DNA from: Camelus dromedarius
Lineage: Eukaryota
Assembly: GCF_036321535.1 (NCBI RefSeq)
Contig: NC_087438.1
Span: forward strand, 12,588,001 to 12,652,000
Direction of reading: 5' to 3'
Length of the DNA: 64,000 nucleotides
Shown here: in pieces, positions 13,050 to 24,980 of the stretch
Numbering within the stretch: position 1 is the first letter of the stretch
How the letters are laid out: the number at the start of each line of letters is the position of its first letter
Translations under genes and position numbers: made by a program
The notes under the pieces: model-generated
What the model saw: the letters and a program-made list of their open reading frames with translations, nothing else
What the model was told of the DNA's origin: nothing
Databases searched by the model: none

Positions 13050-13245
13050 CCAGATCCTTCACTGAGATGGACTTCATGAGACCAACTTCTACAAAGCTAC
13101 AACTTTCTCTGTGCTGTTACAATGAGACTGCAGTAATTGTTGCATGTTAACAAATATTGTTGCTCTGTTAAAATGAATTCCAAATGACTGGCCAACAAAT
13201 GAACTTTCAGAATATAATCTGTATGTACACCGGAGACCATCTGTA
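13050..13245. mobile_element. TcMar-Tigger relic
   Basis: 'caacaaatgaactttcagaatataatc...ggagaccatctgta' resembles the end of an old Tigger, terminating in CTG-TA. Confidence 0.45.
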
Positions 13246-13927
13246 TCTATTAAATGTGCAAACACAGTCTTCAGTTAGTTGCTAAATGCACAGTGTACTC
13301 TACTTATATTCTGGGGTGAAGAATACACATTTTTTTCCCTAAGAAACAGGAAAATGATCTTTTATAATGTTACAGTGTTTCAGTTTTCTATGGAAAACAA
13401 AGCACTAGGCAAGCAATTAAAGTAGGTTTTGTTATTGTGATTATTCCTGTGAGGAGCGTTACATTATAGTAGATTAAAGCCATGTTTAATAAGGACAGAA
13501 AGTCATTTTCTAATAAAAAACAAGAGAAAAATGACTCTGCCGTTTTGTTGCTATTGTTATTCTTGGGAAGAAACTAAGGCTTGGGTTCTATATTTTGGTC
13601 TTGAAGGTTTGGAAGGCAGTAGAGACCAGACTCCTGAACTGTAACAACTGAAAATCAACCTAGGACAATTGAATGTATATGCACAAAAAGACTCAAGACA
13701 CTTGTTGAATTGGTGGATAGAGTGAAGTGGGGAATTCATCGTTTCACCTGACAAAGACTGTTTGCAGCTCTGTTGTAAGACCCATAGCAGTATGTCAGTT
13801 CTGGAGTTTGAGTAAAAGGATGAAAACAGACATTGAAAATGGAAAATCTTCAGGTGTGGGGCAGGTGTCACGCCCTATGACTGCCTCATTCATTTTGAGC
13901 TCTCTGATGATGTCTGGAGAATTCCCT

Positions 13928-14437
13928 TGTCTTTATCAGTTTTCTATTGCTGGTATTTAAAAATTGTCACAAACTTAGCAGTTTAGAAAACAAATTTATT
14001 ATCTTACAGTTTTGGAGATCACAAGTCCAAGATCAGTCTCTCTGGGTTAAAATTAAGCTGTTGGCATGGCTACGTTCTTTCTGCAGTCTCTAGAATCTGA
14101 TTCCTTGACTTTTTTAGCTTTTAGAATCTGTCTGTATTCCTTAGCTCCAGGCCCCATCCTCCATGGTCAAAGCCAGTAGCATGGGATCTCCAGCTCTCTC
14201 TGTCCACTGCTTCCATTGTCGCATTTCCTAAACTCTTATTCTGACTATCTTGCCTTCCTCCCATGAAGAAACTTGGGATTTGATAAGGCCTACCTGGACA
14301 ATCCAGGATGATTTTTACCATCTCAAGATCCTTAATCACATCTGCAGATTCCCTTTGGCCTAGTAAGTTAATACATTCACAGGTTCTGGGATCAGAATAT
14401 GGACGTCTCTGAGGTCCACCATTCAGTGTGCCATATA
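13928..14437 (-). mobile_element. Solo MaLR LTR (MLT1D-like)
   Basis: 'atcagttttctattgctg...cacaaacttagcagttta...tttattatcttacagttttggag...cttaatcacatctgcag...acattcacaggttctggg'. Confidence 0.88.
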
Positions 14438-14497
14438 ACCCTTCAGTCCAGAAACTGGATTTTTATCCAGAAGCTCACTCTCCCAGCTTTCTTTGTT

Positions 14498-14665
14498 AGG
14501 GCCAGGACCAAGGTAGGGAGAGTGGGGCATTCACCTCAGAAGATAGATTTAAGGGAGAACCAAATAACTCAGTAATCAAGGTAAATAATATTTTAATGTA
14601 AGAGTCTAAAAAATGAAAAAGCAAAATTCAATGATGAACAAAATTTTAAATAAAGATAGGATTGG
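14498..14665 (+). mobile_element. hAT MITE, MER53-like (partial)
   Basis: 'agggccaggaccaaggt...atttaagggagaaccaaataactcagtaatcaaggtaaataatattttaatg...aaaattttaaataaagataggat' matches recalled MER53. Confidence 0.75.
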
Positions 14666-14789
14666 CATTATAGGTTTTTTCTTTTTCTTTTGGATCCAAA
14701 ATGGCTCAAAATGGAAGTATCCTTTGCAATTAAGCAAAAGTGCGTGGCCTAGAAGATATAAATGAGATGCACTTGTACAGGACTTGGAT

Positions 14790-15125
14790 TTAGAACAAAC
14801 ATCCAAAGAAAGCAAAGGCCTTGCATGTAGTTTGCATCCTGGCTCGGCTGGGAAGTTGGAAACTGGGAGAGCAGAGGTGGAAAGCAGGGCTGATCTCTGA
14901 GGCATGGGTTGCTGTGCTGGGGCCCTTGCTTTGGGACAACGTCAGTGGACTATTGGCCATAGGATGGTGTACCTTAGGTTTTGTGCCTGGTCACCTAGCC
15001 AACCTATAAACCTGTTCCTTGACTTATCTGAAGATTCTAAGACCTATCTATTATCCTTGACTAAATTCCTTTTCTTCTTAAATAGCCAATTTGCTATTGT
15101 TAGTAACTAACATCCTTGAATAATG
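14790..15125 (+). mobile_element. Old ERVL LTR 3' part (LTR16/LTR33-like)
   Basis: 3' block 'taaattccttttcttcttaaatagcca...ctattgttagtaactaacatccttgaataat'. Confidence 0.5.
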
Positions 15126-15765
15126 TAATTTGTCACAATAAGGACTGTCTAATTCGGTTGGGATAGTCAAGTTAAAGCCACAGGCATGTATCAGTGTTTA
15201 AAGAGCAGCCTGGCAGTGCCCAGTGAAGGAAATTAAGCATACACACCTCATCTAAAGACCCGATCCTAATATTCTCTATAATCTAAGAATAAAATCTTTA
15301 TTTCTCAGTTCCTCACCTGGATACTTCCCAAGTTTTAAATTAGTAGCATTTTCAGGGCTTTGTTAGTAATAAGAAGATATTGACTTTTTCTCTGCTTACT
15401 GAATAACAGATCAATTCCTGTTAGAATCATATACGAGGCACTGGAGGGTTCTTTCTAATGTAAGTCTCTTTCTCTCTTCTAAAACTAGGATAGAATTGTT
15501 TCTGTTTCCAAATTTCCAGACCTATCCTCTGGTTCTTAACTTAGCTGATTTTTCTTTGGAGGGTCAAAGATGGCAATTTGACAGTCTACTTCAAAATTCT
15601 TAGAGGATACTGGATTGTGTAGATTCATTGTCTTCTTTTTTGGATTCTTTCTTTGTTAATAGTTTTCCTGCTGTTTTATCCAAATCTATTTAATTGAGTT
15701 GACTATGTAATAGAATCAACTTTGCACCCAGAAAATAATTCCTTTGTTCATGGTAAGAGATTGAC

Positions 15766-15884
15766 GGGTTCTGGTTCAAGATGGCAAAGCAGAAGGATCC
15801 TGACCTTGCCTCCTCCCACAGACACACTGAATCTACAGCTATGTTCAGAACAATTTCCTCTGGGAGAGAAAAAAAAAAAAAAAA
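15766..15884 (+). mobile_element. Short L1 5'-end-like element with A16 tail
   Basis: G-rich start, CAAGATGGC at 15777-15785, 'gaaggatcctgaccttgcctcctcccacagacacactgaatctacagcta' like old mammalian L1 5' termini, then A16 at 15869-15884. Confidence 0.6.
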
Positions 15885-16329
15885 CATAAGAAGTGGCTGT
15901 TTATTGATATCACATCACAAAACTTTGTCTAGTAGAAAATATCAGAAAAAAGTTAAGCAAATATTGAGATTACTGATCAAAAGTAGTTGAAGTGAAATAG
16001 TCTATCTGCTATTTTTCTGGAAATTTGGACAACATGCAATGATATTCTGGCAAGTTTTAGAGGGGTGACACTTGGCTAAAAATAGCTTTCTGGCTCCAGT
16101 TGTTAGTATATTCATCTTCATTGAACTGAAATAACAGTTTTCACATGCAAAACCAAGGGTCTCCTAGCAGTTCTTCTGTGCTGACTTTTTCCCAAGCCCT
16201 TGAACTCTGCAATGACTAAGGTTTAAGATGGTTTATACCAGTGTGTCCAGCAATATAATCTATGACCAAGTCCTTGCCCTTCTACACTGAAGTCATGTGA
16301 AAATACTCTCTTTGATCTCTTTCAAGTGA

Positions 16330-16600
16330 CACTCATGCATGTCTGTTGATCAGGTACTGACAGCATGCCCAGCATTGTCGTAGGTATTACCAGAGAGAAA
16401 AGAAAAAAACTTCAAGTCTTGCCCTCCAGGAACTTAAAATTTAATTGGAGAGTGAACATTTTTATTTATGAAAAGATATGGAGTAAAATATGACAATGTG
16501 TGGGGCTGAGTGCAAAATTCACATAATGTAAGACTTTGGACAAAGGACAGAAGAACGCTGGCTAGAGGCAATTGATTGAGAGGGATTTCTTGAGGCTGGT
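16330..16600 (-). mobile_element. LINE-2 3' fragment
   Basis: 'tgttgatcaggtactgacagcatgcccagcattgtcgtaggtatt...gtcttgccctccaggaacttaaaattta'. Confidence 0.6.
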
Positions 16601-16739
16601 TATGGTGTAGCCTTCTTCCCCATCTTTAGAGAAGCTAGAGGATTTAGAATATGAATTAAAGAATATGAATATGAATTAAATCTTTGTTTAACTGAGAATA
16701 GGAATTAAAGAAAGCTTGAACTGATAGGATAAGAAGTAG

Positions 16740-17185
16740 GTGGTTATCAGATCGGTTGGATTGAATCAAGAAAAATAAAAGCCACTTAAGATATTTCCAG
16801 CAGAGAGGTATTTAATATGGGCAATTAGATTTTAAAATTACTGGAAAGGTTGGAGAAACAGAAAAGGAAGTGGTGTTTTCAAAGGTCAGAAACTACAGGG
16901 AGATGTTACCAGACCTGCATCCCTGAATCCCTCTGCCCCAAACTGCCTGTGATGTTCTGTTGCTTCACCCTAGCCCCTAGCTACAGGTACCAAGGAGCCT
17001 ATAGCCACTGCTGTGGCCTGAAGAAGAAGGGTTCTTACTCTTCTATCCTCTGATCTCATGAGAGAGCCTCCTAAGGGCAAAACCTTGACTAGAGCCCTGC
17101 TAGCAAAAGAGCCCGGGAAATGTGGTTTCCAGGCTTCCAGCCCCTGCCTGGCCTGACAGAGCTGACAACAGGTACTATCTGGCAT
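16740..17185 (-). mobile_element. Old ERVL/MaLR LTR fragment
   Basis: 'gaggtatttaatatgggcaattag' and 'agcaaaagagcccgggaaatgtggtttccaggcttccagcccctg'. Confidence 0.55.
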
Positions 17186-17439
17186 GATGTAGAGTGCTTT
17201 TTAGAGAGATTTCTCAGGTAGTGACTGAAGTCTCATTTCTCCAGTAATGCTTTTTCCCCCACCTCCTCTAACCCATATTGTAATCCCTTGCAATTGCCTT
17301 TCGGTTTGGTTTTGCCTTGTTATTTTCTACCATTAACATTATATACTTGTTTTTATGTTTCAGTTTTATCTCCTTAACTGGATTTTTAAAGATTGGGAGT
17401 ACAACTTCATTTATTAACAGGTAACGATTTACTGTACAA

Positions 17440-17850
17440 GAAACAAAACGCTCTTCACGATGTTGATGACAGAGCAGTAAACAAGACGCTCATAGTCTGC
17501 TCTAAAGGAGCTTACGTTCTAGCGGGAGAAACTGGGAATAAAGAAATACATGGATATTTAATATTATGTGGTGATAAATGCTATGAAAAAAAAATAAAGT
17601 AGGTAAAGTGACAGAGAAGGGCAGTGAGGGATGGTGTCCAAGGAAGGATTCTCTGATAAGAGGACCTGTAGGATATGAGCGAGGGGGAGCCAGGCTCATA
17701 TCTGGGGAGAGAGGTTTTCAGGCAGACTTGAGCATGGCATGTTAGAGGACAGCCAAGGAGTCCAGTGATGCTGGGCAGAAGAGAGCACAGGAAGGTGTTA
17801 AGAAACAAGATCAGAGAAGGGGAGGGGATGGGGAAACGCTGTGTCAGACT
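17440..17850 (-). mobile_element. LINE-2 fragment
   Basis: 'acagagcagtaaacaagac...ggagcttacgttctagcgggaga...gtggtgataaatgctatgaa...ggagccaggctcatatctggggaga'. Confidence 0.8.
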
Positions 17851-18087
17851 TAGACATCTATTTTTTGTATTCCTCATAGCACTGGCTTTCTTCTGGGAAG
17901 ATAACATTTAACCTCAGTCTTCAAACCCAATGCCCACCTCTCCCCAAATTATCTTTTTCCTTTTTGTATTTTTATTTTTCTCTCTTCCCTCTGATCTGGG
18001 TCTGTAGTTATATTTATTTTCCCCTTTATTAAATGTGCAAGGACCAGTTGCCAGAATGTGGGATAGTTCGGTTATTCCAGTGGACAG

Positions 18088-18101
18088 GTTGCCTTGGCAA
18101 C
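18088..18101. promoter_or_regulatory. Palindromic RFX X-box motif
   Basis: GTTGCC-TT-GGCAAC matches the RFX consensus GTNRCC(N0-3)RGYAAC, in non-repeat sequence; function unproven. Confidence 0.5.
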
Positions 18102-18735
18102 GAGGCAAATCTTACCCATTTCAGCAAAACCTTATCAATAAAGCAGCCTCTTAAGAGACTAGTGTTCACATCCTTATGTGTCTGTTATGCTTTTCCTCCA
18201 TTCCTTACCCATGGCAATTCTCAGATTAATTAGGCAAATACAGATTGGCTGAATGGCTCCACAGAAGCAGACACTAGGAAAGAGTAATAAGAGAATGATC
18301 TTCAGCAGCCACAGTGGACACCCCCAAGTTACCATATTGTTTTAGTTTCCTAGTTCCACCACAGCAAGTCCGTATCCCTCCCAGGCACAGGTATGCAGGA
18401 GCCACGTTGAACACCTGTCATATATTTACACTGGCCAGTATCCACTGCCTAGAAGCCCCAGGCAACACTAAAGCAGTGCTTGGAAGGAGGAAGAGTGTAT
18501 TCAGTCTTGCCAACTGCTGTTTATGGATGAACAGGCATGTCAGTCTCTGAAAGGTCAAAATAAAGGAAAAGAAATACATCTCAGACCTTTCAGGTTAAAA
18601 CTTAGGGCACCTCATACCACTGAAATAAATTATTGAATCCATGGTGTAAACAGGCATATGAGCTAAGATTTTTTTTGTTACAGTAAGTTGCCCTTCTTGT
18701 CTGAAATAGTTATGAAAAAATTAAGGAACAATCTT

Positions 18736-19229
18736 TGTATTGGTTCAGAGAAACAGTATGTGTATCTCCACATGCACATGTACATACATATACATGCACA
18801 CATATATAATGTACATACATACATATATTTACTTATCTATCAAGCATCTATTCTATTTATTCATCAACTGGAATCAACAGGCTCACATGATTCCTGAAGC
18901 TGGCAAGTACAAAATTGGAAGGGCAGACCGGTAGGCTGTAAATTCAGGTAAAAGTTGATGTCACAGTCTTGAGTCTAAAGGCAGCAGGCTAGAAGCAGGC
19001 AGAATTTCTATGTTCCAGTCTTGCGTAGAATTTATTCTTCTATGAGAAACCTCTAACTGATTGAATACTGCCAATCATATTATGGGGAGTAATCTGCTTT
19101 ATTCAGAGTCTACTGGTTTAAATCTTAGTTACATCGTCAAATACCTTCACAACAACATCTAGACCGGTGTCTGACCAAATGATTCAGCACTGCAGCCTAG
19201 CCAATTTGACACATGAGATGAGTCATCCA
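18736..19229 (-). mobile_element. Solo ERVL LTR (MLT2D-like)
   Basis: 'tgtattggttcagagaaacag', CA/TA-rich block, 'ggctcacatgatt...gctggcaagt', ending 'gcctagccaatttgacacatga'. Confidence 0.88.
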
Positions 19230-19931
19230 AAAGCTCAAAATAAGAGATTTGATTTTGATAATTCTAGTTTCCTGAGAGTAATTTCTTTTTTTAAATGTGA
19301 GGGAGTAAAAAAAGAAGTGAAACTAGGATGTAAAAGAAATATGGCAACTAGAATAAAAGTGATTCTAGCCATGATGGCAACTTCCTTATCCTTCATTTTT
19401 TTTCTCCCTTCCTTAATTGTAGCACTTTGAGATGATAAAACCAGCTAGGAAAGCATATTCTATAAGTTGATGAACCAGAATTTGCTTCATAATTATTTTT
19501 ATAGAGTATCATCAAGTTAAAAAAAATAACCATATACTTTGACAAAAGAAAACTATTACATACCCTGTATAAAATTAAAATCTGTATAATGTGAGACCTT
19601 CTCAGCTAAGATAATTAATGTCTTCCATTAGTGTGGTGTGGTTTGCTTAAAACAATTGAATATTTGTTTTGACAATAAAAGTGTATGAAGGACTAAAGTC
19701 AATTAGTGTTGGGTTTTGGCCCTACGAGATGTCTCTGTACGGCTTATGTGATTATATCTTCTGTGATTTATGCAATTTTCCATGATTGTCAGTTTCTGTT
19801 GTTGGAGGATCTTCTATTGAAAAGCAGGAGTGTATGCCTTTTGGGTCTTGCTAACATTCTCCCTCATCTGATACAGTCTTTGCTGATACAGGAACTGTGA
19901 TGATATTGTGGACCCAAAAGGATGACCACAC

Positions 19932-21079
19932 TGTGACGGTTTCATGTGTCAGCTTGCCTAGGCTATACCACCCAATAATTTAATCAAACACTAACCTAGA
20001 TGTTGCTGTGAAAGTATTCTGTAGATGTGGTTGATATCTACAATCAATTGACTTTATGTATTTATCTGATAAAAAGGATACTATATCAAAATCAGAATCA
20101 AAATTAAAAATTGAATTAAAAATAAATAAAAATGAAAATAAAGTACAATTTTATTTTAAATAAGATAAAATAAAATAAATTAAAATTTAAAAAATTAAAT
20201 GAAAAGGGGATTAAGAGGTACAAACTACTATGTATAAAATAAATAAGCTGTAAGGATATACTGTACAGCATGTGGAATGCAGCCAATATTTTATAATACC
20301 TATAAATGGAGCATCATCTTTAAATATTGTGAATCACTGATATACCTGAAACTTATATAATACTGTAAATCAATACATCTCAATTAAAAAAATGTACAAT
20401 TAACTTTAAGTAATTGATTGTACTTTTTTTCTCCTTTTGCAGTTCTATTAGGTAGAATTGTTACAATTTGACTGCACATACACATTATATTGCATGTAAG
20501 TACATATATACTTTTTATATATATGTACTTTTTTTTATATACTGCACTTTTTTTTAGTTTACATATAATGTACAAATTATTGTTTCTAAGAACAGATTAG
20601 ATCTTTAGCTTTTTAAATTTACATAGTTATCAAAGGAATAAAGCCAACTACAAAACAAGAATCAACAGAATGCGGTAATCCAATCATAAAGGGCAGTCAA
20701 ATGTGCTTACACATATTCAAGAAATCAAAATAATAATTAGTTCATTTGTGTCCTTATTATTATTGTTATTACGTTTAAGTAAGGAGATTACCCTTGATAA
20801 TACGAACACATTCATCCAATCATTTGAAGCCCTTAAGAGCAAAAGCTGAGGTTTCTTGGATGAAGAAGAAATTATGCTTCAAGGCTGTAACATAGTAATC
20901 CTGCCTGAATTTCCAGCTTGCCACCTGCCCAATGCATTTCAGACAACCTCCACCACCATGTAAGCCAATTCCTTGAAATAAACCTCCAAGAAAAAACATA
21001 TATATACATACATGAATAGTTATACATACGTATATATATCCTACTAGTTTTGTTTCCCTGGAGAACCCTGAATGATACC
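19932..21079 (+). mobile_element. Solo ERVL LTR (MLT2D-like) split by nested insertions at 20061-20773
   Basis: 5' 'tgtgacggtttcatgtgtcagcttgcctaggcta', 3' 'gtttccctggagaaccctgaatgatac'; 5-bp TSD CACAC at 19927-19931 and 21080-21084. Confidence 0.88.
20061..20396 (+). mobile_element. 5'-truncated L1 3' end nested in MLT2
   Basis: 'gaggtacaaactactatgtataaaataaataagc...gtgaatcact...ctgtaaatcaatacatctcaattaaaaaaa'; 16-bp TSD caatt(g/a)acttta(t/a)gta at 20045-20060 and 20397-20412. Confidence 0.85.
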
Positions 21080-22129
21080 CACACTAATATTGCTTTTGTT
21101 TAACTCATTTATTTGCATTATTGAAATCGGAACGTATCTGTTAAAAATTAGTGTCTATATGACGTTGCTTAGTCTAATGGGCATAAGAGGTCATTTAGGC
21201 CATGGTGCTGGGGATCTGTTTGTATAGATCAAAAAGCTATTTTACTAGGAATGGCTAATGACTTGGAAAACCTTTTGCAAGTTGGATTAAAAGTAAGGTT
21301 CATTAAACTAGACAGTATCACCTTATAAAATTAATTTGTTTGGCTGTGGGATTTAACCTTGAAAGTATTCCTTGTCAAATATAACTTAGAGATTTATTTA
21401 GTTATATCTAGTTATTTTTAACTGGGGAATTGACTCTCTAGTAAAAAAAAATAGACTAATATAATGGCAATGCCTAAAATCATGTCCAACTGCAAATTAA
21501 GTTCCTCTGCCAATGGAAGCAATCACAGACGGGGAGTTGAGCGCATTTGTCATGTCATATGGGTAAAGTTCAAAGCATGTGGTAAGGAGTCCTGCGTGAA
21601 TTTCAGCACCTTAAAAAAAGGATGTCAGAATCTGAGCTTGGTTTAAAAACAAATACCAGTGGAGGGAAGTGGCTTAGTTTTTCTGACAGAAAATACTAAG
21701 ATAGAGAACAGCACAGATGCTCAGAGTATGGGCTAATTAAGGAGGCTTCTCAAAATTGCCATCAATGGATCTATTTGAGAAGGTGTTGGGTGTAGAATGC
21801 ATTCTTAATACTATTCCAGAAATGCAGACACAAATATGCAGTCTAAGGAAACTCAGCCCAGAGCCAGTTTGGGACAGAGGGCAGAAAACTGACAAGGGTT
21901 TCCTGAAAGTAAATTTGCTGTGAATGTGTTAAAATATGTGATTTTACAAATTATCATGAGTGCCACCAAGATCACAGTTTTATTACTCATATAAAGTGTT
22001 CTTCTGCTTTCTTGAGTTAACCGATAAAATTTGGGGAGGCTGACTTATGACTATTTATAAGAAGTCAGGCAAGCTAGGTCAAGGAAGTACAGGCTTAGAG
22101 GGGATGATTCTTCGGTGATTTGAATTAAA

Positions 22130-22370
22130 CTTGGCATATTGACCCCTTTCTGCTGACACTCCTCTTTTGAAGGTCACCATCTCTCTCACTGTCAAGTCTG
22201 GTGGCTTTTCACCTACCATTATTCTTCAGATTCTGCTGAAGTTACCCCTCCAGTATTTTGAGTCCTGACTCTTCCTTTCCTTGGCTAGTTTTTTTCTTAG
22301 TCTTCTCTATTGATTTCTGTCTTTCTCCCACTCTCATTTGCTCAAGTGCTTCATTCTCTACCAGAAATGA
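22130..22370 (+). mobile_element. LINE-2 fragment
   Basis: 'tgaaggtcaccatctctctcactgtcaagtctggtggcttttc'; pyrimidine-rich L2 sense sequence. Confidence 0.5.
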
Positions 22371-22999
22371 AATGTGAGAGACCCTCAAGAATGATGTTAG
22401 CACTGAAATAAAAGCATTTTAGGGGATACTTTTTTCACCAGTGGGAAAACAAATTTCCTAGGTCCAACTTTCTGTTTTCTCCCCTAGCTCTCCTCCTCAT
22501 CACCCTTTGTGAAGAAGAAGGCATTTTTAAATCATGATAAAGCGTGGGGTTATGTTGAGAATTCTTCCAAATTAGCCGGAGAAAGGTTTTTGCTTGTAGT
22601 GTTATGCTGCCTTGTGCTGAAGGGTGTGGAAGACCTCTGTTAAGTCTTTCTATGAGAGACAGTTAGAAACCCCAACTCAGAGGAGCTGTCCTCCAGGATG
22701 GAGTTAGGGACACGGGTCCCAGAGGCTAGGCCTGGAGCACACGTCGGGTCACACTGGCTGTCTCGAGTAAATCTGAAGGGTAGAAAGAGTGGGAGTCAGA
22801 TGAGCCGCAGAAATACTTCTTGGGGCCCTTGGGAGCCCCACTGTATAGGGACTGAAAGCACCCTTGGCAAAAGGAGAGAAATACTTTCATACTTCACTTT
22901 GTGAACAACTTGTTTTGCTCCTGAACGAAGACCCTGCCCACCTGCCCTTTCTGTCATTGAAGTCTCACTTGGATCCAGGTAGGACTGCCTCTGGTCTGT

Positions 23000-23800
23000 G
23001 GGAACCACTGGAGATGTAGTGATGGATCTCGCCTCTCATCTTCTGTCATTTCATCAAAACGTCACCCCCATATGTCTAACTGCCTTCTGGAGGTATAACT
23101 TAGATATCCTCACACTTGAAGAAACCCAACCTGCCTCAAATTGTACAAACCCTGTCCTCTCTCCCTGTTGTGTCTCCTGTTCCTGATTCCCAGAGGCGTC
23201 ATGAGTTTCCCAACCAAGAGGCTTGGGAATTTGGAGTTCCATTTGACTCTTCTTTTATGTCTAATGACTCACATTTGTTCTGTTTCAAGTCCTGTGGCTT
23301 GTTGGCCTTGGTTCGTATCTTGTATCTCTACTCCCTTCTCCATTAACTTTGTGAACATCCTCATCCAAGACTTATTTACCTCGTGCCTCCTAATTGGCTT
23401 CTTCCTCTTTCCTCTCTGATCCAAGCAGAATACTTTAGCTGGATTTATTTTCTTAAAAGAAATTCCTCTTATCTTGCCGTTGCTATTCAAAACCTCTCAG
23501 TTTATATCCATCTTTCTGGTTTCCAGAGCCCTTAGATCTAGCTTCATCCTTCAAGCATGCTTATTTCTCCAACGTAACCTCTTCATTCGCCTTAGAACGA
23601 TCCTATGGCTACCAGGACAAGCCTTACTTACTCTTACCTCACTGTCTTTCCTCTTCATCTTCATACCTCCCTACATCAATGATGATTTTAAGTTCTTGCG
23701 ATCTGCTTTCACTGCTTTGAAACCCAGAAAGCATCATTTCCTTTGTATTCTTATTGCTCATATCACTTATAGAATGCTTAGCGCATCCTTATATTTCCTT
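23000..23800 (+). mobile_element. LINE-2 fragment
   Basis: 'catatgtctaactgccttctgga...ttggagttccatttgactcttc...cctcctaattggcttcttcc...ttcaaaacctctcag'. Confidence 0.6.
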
Positions 23801-24689
23801 TCTAGGACCCATTTATTTACTACGTATGCTGAGTATTGTGCTAGGCACTGGGTATATGGTGGTAGAAGACATAGTCTACCTCCATACATATGTTTCCCCA
23901 ATTTCCCCATTTTTAGACACTGCTAAGCTCTGCCAAGAATTGTTCTCCTTTATTACAGGAAGTCTAGTAAATTTAGCTTTGCTTGAGCAGCAGGTTTTTC
24001 TGGTGACTTTGTGGGAGATTGATGAGATATTTTTATTCTGTCTCAAAATCCTTTATCTTCCTGGCTTCTCCTAAGCCTTCATCCACGTGGCTCCTAAATG
24101 ACACCCTTCCCCCAACAGCCCCTTCATAAGTAGATAATTTAATTCAGCCCCATCTGGTGAAGCCATAGGCCCTAGTGGTCCAACCACCAAGTGGACTGAC
24201 CCTAGTATTTTCTCCACCAGGTGGGTTTCTAGCTGAGGACTTTAATATGGTTGTCTCCATAATGTAACGTTGCACAGCTCTACCTAGAGTCTGGGTGGTA
24301 CACAATTCACTGTAGAGTCTTTATCCTTTTTTCCATTCCTTTCCTCTCTACCTACCTCAGGAGTCTGAAACAGCTGCCTAGCAGCTGCTTAAGAGATAGT
24401 TTGAAAGCGTAGAGTCAGCAGATGGCAGGAAGAAATGTTCACAACACTGACTCTGCCATACTTCCCCTCTTTCAAGGACAGGAGGGTTTGTTTTCGCGTG
24501 TGGAGATAGACTTACATGAGGATTACCCCCTTCTCCAACCAACTTCTCCCATTTTAACACCATGGTGTGTCAACATCTCTGATTTCAAAAAAGAAAAAAC
24601 AAAAGGGAAGGATAGGAGGAAATCCAGAAATTCTTTGGGATTAACCAATGTTTCTGTAAACCTTTTGGAAGCATGGTGAAATTCTTTAA

Positions 24690-24980
24690 AGCACAAGTGT
24701 GCTTTTAAAAGCCCCCCATAAATATAATTTTTAGTGACTATATAACATTCCATCATAGTCACACTCAGTCATTTTTCTTTACTGTTTCTCTGTTGATGGA
24801 CATTTCAGTTGTTCATCATGTTCAGGATTTTGAACATTCTGGAGAATAAATTCTTGTCTGCATTCCTTATTGTTTTCCTTCAGGATGAATTTCTGACTGT
24901 GGAATTCCTGGATGAAAGGCTACAGCCATTTTAAGGGACTTAACTATACACTGTACACAGATTTCCCTTTGCAAATTTGA
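24690..24980 (-). mobile_element. Ancient L1 (L1ME-like) fragment
   Basis: 'ctgttgatggacatttcagttgtt...gtggaattcctggatgaaagg'. Confidence 0.6.

Noticed and set aside
3298..14437. Two same-orientation MLT1 LTRs as the ends of one provirus
   Set aside because: The first has its own complete TSD (CTAAC), and the intervening DNA is not MaLR internal sequence
16647..16680. Short direct duplication gaatatgaattaaa
   Set aside because: Ordinary replication slippage; similar small tandem duplications at about 7842-7870 and 35019-35040
23474..23926. 150-aa hydrophobic ORF
   Set aside because: Lies over pyrimidine-rich L2 sequence; L/F/S bias reflects base composition
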